From assembly GCA_002269645.1 (NCBI GenBank), contig NIVC01001048.1:62001-126000 (forward strand): a stretch of 64,000 nucleotides of DNA, read 5' to 3'. The position numbers were made by a program, and so were the translations under genes. Under the pieces are notes generated by a model, which searched no databases, was not told the DNA's origin, and saw only the letters and a list, made by a program, of their open reading frames with translations. Within the stretch, counting starts at the first letter, position 1, and every line of letters begins with the position of its first letter. Below, piece after piece: positions 25,901-36,238 of the stretch. This stretch comes from Macrostomum lignano (taxonomy: Eukaryota).

Positions 25901-26489
25901 TCACCCAGTTTGCCTTCCTGAACCCTTATTCACAATTTTTCCTTAAAAAATTCTCCTCACCTACAGCTATACTTAAACTGCACAATTTTTATGTTTCCTA
26001 AAAGAACTAAAAGAAATCTAAAGTTTGACACCAAGAAAGTCTGTCTAAGTATAGTACAAGTATTTTAAGGGGACTTTAAAGTAAAAAAAGTATGACTCCG
26101 GCAGCATAAAAAAAACATTTTTTTATTAACAGAACATCCTGCAGCAAAAAACTGCTAAGCAGGAGAACTTTTTTAGTTACAAATTATATTGCACAGTTAA
26201 ATTACCTAAAAATTGACACCAAAGTCAAAGAAGTAGCTTAACTAACAAAAAAGTTATTTACACTTAATTAAAGAAAAAAGTCAAAATGACGTGGAATTGG
26301 CTTCACTTTCTAATGTATTAAGAATAGGGAAAAACGCATTCTTTTTAAAACAAAAATACTCATAACTTTTTTATTACTTGACCAAATTAAAAAAGTGAAG
26401 TGTCATTTTACTCATAACATCCAGGTCTATAAGCTACATAAGTCAAAACCAAAAAAATTTCAGAAAAAAAATTCTCACTGGACACCCTA
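19952..26489 (-). mobile_element. 6538-bp autonomous-type hAT-like DNA transposon (probably hATw lineage)
   Basis: 16-bp perfect TIR TAGGGTGTCCAGTGAG / CTCACTGGACACCCTA; 7-bp TSD AAAAAGG at 19945-19951 and 26490-26496; multi-exon DDE transposase inside. hATw assignment rests on my recollection that this lineage makes 7-bp TSDs. Confidence 0.88.
20923..25393 (-). CDS. Spliced DDE transposase (~1173 aa) with AT-hook and C-terminal Spin/Ssty Tudor-like domain
   Basis: GT-AG exon model with consistent phases: 25393-24857, 24634-24338, 24146-23781, 23711-23433, 23342-23132, 22913-21783, 21621-20923. Catalytic D (LMTDATSK), D (LMTDRHVVN), CxxH (FCGMH), E (NVAPERNFA); RGRPR AT-hook; last exon needs +1 in the G5 run 21159-21163 and +1 in the A4 run 21113-21116. 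Confidence 0.8.
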
Positions 26490-26849
26490 AAAAAGGATTA
26501 GGTCAAGTCGCAAAAGGATTAGGTAAGTCGCAAAAAGGATTAGGTAAGTCGCAAAAGGGTTAGGTAAGTTGCAAAAGGAGCAACTAAGTCGCAATAAGAG
26601 GGAAGTAAGTCGCAATCAGAGGCGATCAAGGGGTAGTAGGTGCACGTGTGGCAGGAGAGCAAAAAAAAACAGAATAAAAGCCTTCAACCACAGACAAGAT
26701 CTTTGAAATCAGCAGCCTATGTCAACAGTTTCCCATTGATTTCTTTAACTCCGGAGCAGGGGTCGGCAAAGTCCAGCTCGCGAAGCCCCTCTATCTGGCC
26801 CTCGCCCCTCGGGTTCTTTGAAACTTTCTAACTAGCAAGGTTGGTGTCT

Positions 26850-27545
26850 CTTCAACTCTCATCTCTTTCTTCTTCTCTACCTTGCCTCCCCTCTTCTCTC
26901 TCTCTCCCTTTTCCCTCTTCTCTCTCCTTTCATTTTTACTCTCCTTTCTTCTCCCCTCACCTTTCTCCCCTTTTCTCTCTACCCTTTCTCCTCAATGCCC
27001 TCTTCTCTCCTCTTATCTTCAGCAAAAATGTGTGCATATTTTCTTACTTCAAAGTAGAGGGAATAGAAGATTGGAGATAAGCAAACAGAGGAGAGGCGAG
27101 CGATGCAATGGGAGAAAAGATAGAAGATGAGAGAAAAGCTGAGGGAGGAGAGAGATGAGAGAGATGAGAGGAAAGAGGAAAGATATGATGATGGATGAGA
27201 TCAGAAAAGAGAGGAAAGAGGAAAGAGGAGAGAAGAAAGGAGATAAGAGAGTAGACGAGAGAAGAGACGATAAGGAGGAGATAAGAGGAGAGTGAAGAGA
27301 GGAGAGATAAGAGAGTAGAGAAGAGAGGAGAGATGAGATGAGAGAGTTGAGTGGAGAGAGACGAGAGGAGAGATAAGATGAGAGAGTAGAGTGAAGTGGA
27401 GAGAGACGAGAGGAGAGATAAGAATGTAGACAGGAGACAGAAGAGATAAGAGAGGAGGAAAGAGAGGAGAGAGGAGAGGAAAGAGAGAAGGGATGAGGGA
27501 TGAGAGAGAAAAGAAAAAGAGGATGAGAAGATTGAGGAAAGGAGA
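26850..27545. repeat. Low-complexity CT-rich tract followed by GA-rich tract
   Basis: 26850-27015 almost only C/T and 27055-27545 almost only A/G on the + strand. Confidence 0.9.
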
Positions 27546-30268
27546 GAATTTGCAAAGGCCTCAAATCTTAATTTAACATGCATTTACTCCCATCCTTGTT
27601 TGCCTTTTTCCTAACTGTTAACAAGTTTTTGTTTGAGCATGACTTCAAATTTAAGAATCTATGCAAAATAGTTCCGGGAATTGGAATTCAGTGGTTTCAA
27701 AATCTGTGGGTTTTCACAGCTTGTATCTCTACTGGATTTGTATTCTGCATCTGATGAGCCATCTGAATCAGGGCTCTCATCTTCCATGCCAAATCGTCTA
27801 GCAAGTGAAATTATTCTTGAGCTATAGGCCACACTGTATTCACTTCACTTACCTCTAGACATTCATGAATCATGACTTTTGTCATTACATGTCTTTACTT
27901 ATTGTCATCATTACTATTTGCCTCAGGCCGCCACTATGATATACTGATTAGCTGTAATAAAAAACCGCGAAATCTGAACTAATTAGCTGGCGAGGCATGT
28001 AGCCTTTAAAATATGGTCATAGTTACTCCTGCCGTTTACCCACAATTCTTTGTTTAGCTTTCTTACATACGTAAGTCGCATTTTTGATCAAAAACTAAGT
28101 CGCACGGCCAGCGTAATTTCAGAAGTTGCGCATGTATGCCACTGCACGTCAGTTATCATGCACGCAGATTGTGAGATGACTGCCTCGGACTTTGTTACGT
28201 AGCCCCAAATAGTAGTAGGCCTAGCCCCTTGTGATAGGAGTTTTCACTAAAACAGCATCTTTGTTCAAGAATGCTGGACATACATGATACATATATGAAC
28301 ATAATTTTGGCCATTCTATTTAATGAAACAAAAAGTAAAGTTTATAAAAAAAATTCATATTTACCTTTTAAAAAAACATTTAATCATGTCCTAGGCTATA
28401 GGCCCCTAGCCAAAAACAAAATCTTTAAGAATTTTTTATAATTTTTTAAATTGACTAAGTGAAGTATACTTCCACTCCCACATTAGGCCTTTATAGTTGA
28501 TTGATACTACTTGATAGGCCTATAAGTATGCGAGTATGTATGCTTGATATTTCTAAACCTAAAATTGCAATGTTGTTTTTAGCTAACTTGCAAAAGTGCA
28601 ACTAGAAATTTGTTGAAGGGGCAGATTCTGGAGCTGGAGGGTAAAGACCTAGGGAAGAGTGGGGTTGGGATGCTGTGATGGCTCTGTTTTTGGCAAAAAT
28701 TTGCTTGGTCCTTTGTTCCCTTTTAATTTTTTTAGGCCTCTGTCTAAGGGGGTAGTTGCCCCTACCCCTACCCTTTTGTTGAACCACTGCTACCTTGTCC
28801 TATACAAGATTAAAAAAGCTATTTTAAATAGGCCTACTTCAGTATTTCTTTATTGAAGTCTATACTCCCAAGTATGCACTGTGCATATGAGAATATTTTT
28901 TGGGTGATGGTCATTTCGTCAACTGGCGTTTTGTCAACTCGGTTGACAAAGTGACCAAACTGTTGGGGCAACTTTACTAGTTAACAAAGTGACCAATGCT
29001 TAGGTCCTTCCCATTTGCTTTGTTGGCAAAGTGACCAAAATTTTCATTATATGAATGATACACATATAACTAATACAGCTGAATAATATTTATATTGTAT
29101 AGCTTACAATTATTGTTATATCAATGACTTGTTTTATTAATTGCCTTATTTTTTTAAAACAATCAAATTTTATAATTTTGCAATACCAGACTATATGTCC
29201 ATTAGGTTAAATGTTTCGATGAAAATATTCTATGCAAATGTGTCACCCATATGTACTCATACCCACATATGTATCTGGGCATTAATGAATCTTGAGTATT
29301 TGTGCATTATGCGACCATACATGCAACTACATAACATGGGTACATGTATCTCTCTTATCAAAATGCGCCCAGGACTGCTATAAAGTCCCCTATAGAGTCG
29401 TGAAAATGGTGGACTGCGTACGCCTAATTCTTACCCCTCCACCCTGCTGTGCATAGTCAACCAAAGCCCCCGCAGCGAATCTTGATATCTGGTAATGCTC
29501 TTGATCAGAGTATATATAAATTATGCATAATTCATGCGCATTCATTGATCAATCACACCGTATATAGATAAGGCATTTTACTCCTTGTCATGCTTAACAC
29601 AAAAATGTATATGCACTGTAAGAAGGCATAGGCAGATATGCAAACCGAGTGATATTGGGTGCAGTATCATAGCAGCGCGCTCTTGATTTGTGCATTCCTG
29701 CTCATGTAGCTGCACAAGACTTGGCCATATGCCTAAGCCCCTAAGCAAGGGCAAGGTCTTGCCTTTGCAATTTTTATTCATTTGAGGTATATGTGACTAT
29801 ATACTAAATAAATTAGTCAAGGACCACTAAAGTCACTTTAAGCGCAGTCCTTGAAATGAGTGCAGTACAGTTGCGCAATGTTTAAATTTGTAGAAAGTTT
29901 GAGCATTTTCAGACTTTTGGCTACTCCAATTACACAGAATTGAATATTGGTCTGGTTGTGTCATAATGCCACAAACTGATATAATAGCATGAGGAGTTTG
30001 GGAGCCCTTTGATTAGAAGAAATTATGTACAATGTTCCCAATGTGCACACATTTCAAACACAAGCGCATTATATTTTGTTAGTATATATAACGAGCATAT
30101 ATCAGAGACGTATCAATCGAAAGCCAACAGATATTGCAGAAGGGTATGAATATTAATTAGCCTGTCAACTTAGTCATTTCAGGGTTCAGTTTTACTTTTT
30201 TGCGGCTGTGGGGGTAGTTTTTTGGCAGTTGACGAAGTGACCAATGTTGGGAAACTCCCTGTTGGCCA

Positions 30269-30850
30269 GTTGACAAAGTGACTGAGGTTTGAGATCGCTT
30301 CATTGGCTAGTTGACGAAGTGACTGAGGTTTGAGATCGCTTCATTGGCTAGTTGACGAAGTGACTGAGGTTTGAGATCGCTTCATTGGCTAGTTGACGAA
30401 GTGACTGAGGTTTGAGATCGCTTCATTGGCTAGTTGACGAAGTGACTGAGGTTTGAGATCGCTTCATTGGCTAGTTGACAAAGTGACTGAGGTTTGAGAT
30501 CGCTTCATTGGCTAGTTGACGAAGTGACTGAGGTTTGAGATCGCTTCATTGGCTAGTTGACGAAGTGACTGAGGTTTGAGATCGCTTCATTGGCTAGTTG
30601 ACGAAGTGACTGAGGTTTGAGATCGCTTCATTGGCTAGTTGACGAAGTGACTGAGGTTTGAGATTGCTTCATTGGCTAGTTGACGAAGTGACTGAGGTTT
30701 GAGATCGCTTCATTGGCTAGTTGACGAAGTGACTGAGGTTTGAGATTGCTTCATTGGCTAGTTGACAAAGTGACTGAGGTTTGAGATTGCTTCATTGGCT
30801 AGTTGACGAAGTGACTGAGGTTTGAGATCGCTTCATTGGCTAGTTGATGA
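30269..30850. repeat. 41-bp minisatellite, ~14 copies
   Basis: Unit GTTGACGAAGTGACTGAGGTTTGAGATCGCTTCATTGGCTA. Confidence 0.97.
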
Positions 30851-32544
30851 AACGAATATTAATCTATTTTGTTATTTTTTGTTAATTTGACTAGTAATTC
30901 CCAATAATTTGAACAGTAGGCCTATATGATATATTGTATATAAGATGCAGCTGCCATGCTTGCAATTAAAACACTAGGTGGATAGCTATTATGTATGCAA
31001 GCTCTCCATTTTAGAAATGCTTATATTTTATAGTGACCCAGATAAACTTAAAGTCATTATTTTTTACCTTACATTAATAAAAAATAATGTATATTTTAAA
31101 GTTATCATAAAAAACTTCTATCAAAAATGAAATATCACATCATGTTTAAAGACCTAAAAAATTCCTGAATGGTCACAATACTCTGTCATTGACTCTGGCA
31201 GTGGTGGCATACTAAAAATAGCATGCATTGCTGCAAGGAGCATACTAAAAAACTTTGTTAACTCCTTGATGCATGTTGTGCATGTGGTACATGAGAATCT
31301 AAGATCTTAGATTGCCTAAGGGCTAAGATCTTATTAAACAGAACAATTTCCCCCAAAAAATAGCATCTTTAGGAGTATGGACTAAATTGCTACCTGTTTT
31401 TTACTTGTCTTATTGTATCCTTTTTATTTCTTATTTTATTTTCTTTTCTAATTTTCTTTTCTTTATTATTCAATTTTTTATTAGATATGATTTTTTTATT
31501 ATATTAGGCCATATTGGTAATAGACAATTCAATAACAAGATATTTTAGTGATAATCACTTTGGCAACAAATTCCAACAATTTTAGGCAATTTCAATGAAT
31601 CTTTAAGTATATAGATTTAATAAAAAGATGTAACTATTGCTTTGTTGCCTTCAAATAATTCTTTATACTATTAATAAAAAAATTTCATGGCTATCTGATC
31701 TAAACTGATCTATATCAGTTGCAACAGTCTATAAAATTTAGGCAGTTAAAGGAATAAAGTGAAAGTATCTTTGAGTCTATATATCTCATTCTTTCATTTC
31801 ATTAAAAAGTTGAAGTTTTTTCTATTGTCTTTACAAAACTATTATAAATACTTGCTAAAAGTGGTTTAAACAGATAAATTTTTATAAAGTTACATTTATT
31901 GACACTTGTTTTGAATTTTGTCTAGTCTATCAGGAAATTCATACATTTTAATAAATTCATACATTTGCATAATTGGCTAACATCTTTTTTAAGTAAAATT
32001 CAAAGAAATATTTTTTTTCATCAAAACAAACCTTACTTATCCATTTGTATTATAGGCTTTTGCCAAATGTCTATGTAGATTTTGTTGCTGATGTAACATA
32101 GTGATTATTGTTACCAATAGTTCATTTGTCCCTAAATTATTGCCAAATTGTCCAAGTGTCTATTATCCTAAAGTTTATCAATAAAATGATTGGTACCCAT
32201 CTAGATCATAGTCATGCATGTCAGTATTCAAATCCTATCTTAGCTATATACATGCCAATATATGCCAAAAGTAATAATTCTTTAAAAAATATACTGAAAT
32301 TGCAAACAAGTTTTGTATGAAAGAGTTTCCTATAAAGTTTTTGTTTATTATAGGCTAGGCCTTTATTATAAATTCTTGGTATTTAAAAAAAATTAAATTA
32401 ATGTTAAAAAATAATTGTATATAATTAGATTTCTATATAGTTTTCAAAGAGAAAGGAGGTCACCTCCAATTCCAGGCATTGACATGGTAGAAAGGACTTG
32501 GATATTTCAAATTTGGTAAATTCTTTGTCAGGGCTGTAAGCAAG

Positions 32545-32822
32545 CATACATGCGCAATAGTAAGCTGACTGATTTGCTGGCTAACCAAGGTAATTTGCAA
32601 AAATGCCCACCCAAATAAATACTTAAGTAGTACTAAGTAGATGACAAGGCATTTTACCTTAATAAGACAGTCATAGTTACTCTTGCCGTTTACCCAAATT
32701 TGCGTTAATTTTGCTTTAAGGTTCCTTTTATATGTAAGTCACATTTTTGGCCAAAACCTACGTTGTATTTTTGTTAAAAAAAGTATCACGGCCAACTGAA
32801 TTTTGGAGGTTGCGTATGTATG
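32545..32822. mobile_element. Short relative of the CATACATGCGCAACT-TIR element
   Basis: CATACATGCGCAA at 32545 and GGTTGCGTATGTATG at 32808-32822; 32670-32822 is similar to the right end 28016-28138; no TSD. Confidence 0.6.
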
Positions 32823-32837
32823 TGCATGGCCAATATA

Positions 32838-33236
32838 CAGGGGCGTATACTAGGGGGGGGGATACAGGGATATATCCCCCCATTTTTATGATTTATAGGA
32901 AACAAAAATGAGTTTTTTTGAAAAAAATGCAATATGCAATAGCATAGACATAGAAAAATTGCCAAAATCGGCCTATTTTACCAGTAGTTACTATTAAAAT
33001 GTTTTAAATGATTATCTCGCCGAATCTCTAGTTCCTAAAATGTTGTATTTAGTACATAAGTCTGCTGGCTTTATTTTGATTTTAACAAAGTAAAGTTTTT
33101 TGAGCCCAATAAACGCAGTTTTAGTACTTTTTAAATGCATATTGTAAGCAAAAAATGCAAAAAAACTTTTTTATTAGTCAAAAATTTTGTCCCCAAAAGT
33201 TATCCCCCCCATTTCAAAATCCTAGATACGCCACTG
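32838..33236. mobile_element. 399-bp hAT MITE
   Basis: TIRs CAGGGGCGTATACTAG / CTAGATACGCCACTG; near-perfect 8-bp TSD CCAATATA / CCAATACA. Confidence 0.85.
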
Positions 33237-33939
33237 CCAATACATTAAAATGAGTCTAAGACTCTGAGAAATGCAGAGGGGTGGCTAGAACTGTACAAGT
33301 AGGCCTAAATGACCTTTAAGTGTAGGAGAAAAACTGTAAAATTAAAAGGCAAAAAAATAGACAAGGTAAATAAAAAGTTTGTAAAAGCTCAGAGCAAAAA
33401 GTGCAGGTATACTATACACAGTGTCTGAAAACCTTAGAATAAAAAAGCTGAGAAAAAATAAACAAAATACATCAAAATAAAGCCAATGAAAAAAAATTCA
33501 CAGAGGGGAACACAAAATAACTGTAGAAGAGCCTTTGTATAGGCGTCAGAAAAAGGAATTAGTTGGCAGGATTAAGCCAGCTACATACATGTGCAACCTT
33601 TGGAATCACCTGGCCATTTCTATTAGCAACAGATACATGTATGTCACTATTGGCTGAGAGCAGTCACGTGACTACTATTTCGTCCAATAGCGACTTACAG
33701 TGTGTATTGCCAAAGAAATGGCCAGGTGAATCCCTAGGTTGCGCCCAAGCATGGCCAGATATGACAGAGCAGAGTACGGAGGCTCTTCCCCTTGGTGTAA
33801 GTGGGCAGCACCAGGGTCTTGCAGTGCCGTATCACCCTGTTCTTCACCTTGGCATTAGCAGCCAGGGCATCAGAGGTCACACAGTATGATAGGATCAGTG
33901 GGATGGCCAGGTTGTGCAGCATGCTAGCAAGTTTGTTGG

Positions 33940-34745
33940 CACTGTGTAGAACACAAGTCCTTAGGACCTCAATGAACTTGGCCTCCTGGCGCTGACGCCA
34001 CTTGTTAACTCTGGGTCCTGTGCCATTGCATGTCCAGATACCAGTGAAGGCAAAGTCCATTAGACTGTGGCCATCACTAGTAAAGTGGCGTGCCACTAGA
34101 GTGTTGCGGGTATATCAAATGTCACTGACTCGCCAATGTGCACCAGCATGCAACTGTGGATGCTGTTGGTAGTCTCATCAACATATACTGTGTGGTTGCA
34201 TTGGTGGCAGAACATGGCATAGACATCATTTGTGGCATTACAGTTGATCCTTTGGCTGATGAGTATCTGGACAGTGGTGGCTGCCAAACTAGGACAGATG
34301 GTGTTGAACTGGGTGTGTGCCTGGCAGCACTTGCAGAGTTGGGCCAGGTTGCATGGCAGAAAGCCAAACTCCCACCATTTGGTTGGATAGAAGCCTAGCT
34401 CTATCAGCATGTGATACTTGATGGTGCAGAGAAAGTGCCGGCTGTAGCCTTGGTGCTACACTAGATTCGACATCAGCCCGGTGTATGCTATGTCAAAGTC
34501 GGCCATCTGGGAGCACCATCGGGCATACCTGAAGAGCTGTGACTTCACCATGCCTTGGAAAGTCCGCTTAGGATGGAAAGAGCCATAGTGGATGAGGGCT
34601 TAGCTTTCAATGGGCTTGAAATACACCTTGGTTGCTAGGCTCTTGTTGTCACCCTCACGGTCCTAGAAGATGATGGTGTTCAGGAAGTTTACCTCTGTGC
34701 TGCTGTAGCTTAGTTGAAGTCAGATGTTTGGGTTGAGGGCATCTA
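33940..34745 (-). mobile_element. Degraded Penelope-like element (RT C-terminus + GIY-YIG endonuclease)
   Basis: VNFLNTIIF...TKVYFKP...IHYGSFHP...KSQLFRYARWCS (PLE RT thumb, with stops), then CNATNDVYAMFCHQC...YVDET and VARHFTSDGHS...RQEAKFIEVL (GIY-YIG), with frameshifts. Confidence 0.8.
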
Positions 34746-36238
34746 GGAATTAATTTAAATTAATTGTATATAATTAGAGTTTTCTATATAGTTAAATGAG
34801 AGAAAGAGAGAGAGAGAAGAGAGGTCACAGCATGTTAAATTATTTAATTAAAAGTAGGCTACTGGTTTCAAGCCTCTAGGCTCTTTGTCAGGCCAAACTA
34901 TTAGGGTATAATGCAATGCAAGTTTTCATTTTAAGTATTATTTTTGTCAGTCTAATAAAACTGAGCAGCTATATACATGTTGTCAGTAGCTATAGGCTTT
35001 CCACTAGTCATTTTATTTGACAGTATGTTTTGTATATTAGAGTGTTTTTTGAAGCATTTAAATAAAATGAAATGCAGGTATTCAAGGTAAGAGCATGAGT
35101 TGATATTGCAAGTACAAACAATAAGTGTGAATAAAATATACAACAATGTACATTAATATCATGGGTCAATAGATAAAATAAGCAATAAAGGCATTGATTA
35201 AAACAATTCAGTGGCTGAGATTTAAACTTATTTGGAGCCAGGAGGCTCTGTAATTTTTGTTGCCATATAAATGAGGGCAGAGGGAGAAAGGGGGAGAGAG
35301 AGTAGGCATACAGAAATACAGAACATTAGGCATTTGTGTTGTCTTGAAAGAAACAAACTTTTGAACTTTGGTTAAATATTCTATTTCAATGAGATCAAAT
35401 ATTTACAAGTCAGATTATTTTTGGTGTTTTTTGTGTTATTTTTTACTTTTAATAGTTTTGACTAATAGTTACAAATCTTATACTTATTTGACTTAGGAAA
35501 TTAAAGTTACAGTGTTTTATTTTAATTCTTCGAATTTAAACTTGATGAATAAAGAGATGTGTAAACTTGAGGTTTTAAAGATTACAGGTCAGTATCATCT
35601 ATACTCAAACTAGTTCCACTATGCAAATAAATTTATTCCTATAAAATTACCCATGAAATTTTATACCCTAGTAAATTTGGTGAACCCAACTCACTAATGC
35701 ACTGACTGTGTCCTTTGAAGCATGGCATGTTTGAAGGGTGGCTAATTAATATTTAATGAACTGTGTGAGTGAACCTGCATTTCGTTTAAGTCAAGTTGAA
35801 TATATTAAACTAATCAAGTGGAGAATTCACTACCGTGGAACTGCACTCGGCCATAGACAATAAAGTCAATCAAGCTTGTAAGTCTAAGCAGCACTCCCAC
35901 AGAATGCAAACCAAGCCAACTGACTTAAGGACTTGACTGACAAAAGCAACCCTACATCCGATGTATTAATAACTCTGCCATAGAAATTTAAATCACTTTC
36001 TCTTGCTTGGGTCTTGCCTATGGCAATTCAGACTAAAGTCAAACGATGCACAGAGCCTTAAAGTAACCAACTTTTTTTTAATTTGCTGCAGTAGGACACA
36101 TACAATTAAGCATATTCTAAGCTAGCCATCTTTTCAATTAACAGCTTACAAATGCATCAATCGAATAAAAGCAAATGGAATTTGTTACAGCAGGGTACAA
36201 ATCTGCAACCATCTGAAGTCTGTCCAGAAACTAAAACG

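Larger units (their letters stand above)
19288..28138. mobile_element. Non-autonomous TIR element (~2.3 kb without the nested transposon), P- or hAT-like by its 8-bp TSD
   Basis: 15-bp perfect TIR CATACATGCGCAACT / AGTTGCGCATGTATG; perfect 8-bp TSD CCACTGCA at 19280-19287 and 28139-28146. Confidence 0.88.

Noticed and set aside
26841-27583. Leu/Ser-rich apparent membrane-protein ORFs
   Set aside because: Artefact of CT/GA low complexity.
27689-28789. CAGTGGTTTCAA ... TTGAACCACTG as a hAT MITE
   Set aside because: Short imperfect match, no TSD, and it overlaps the end of the better-supported element at 28138.
30269-30850. CRISPR-like regular repeats (also the 35-, 42- and 65-bp arrays)
   Set aside because: Head-to-tail units with no unique spacers, no cas genes, eukaryotic context.
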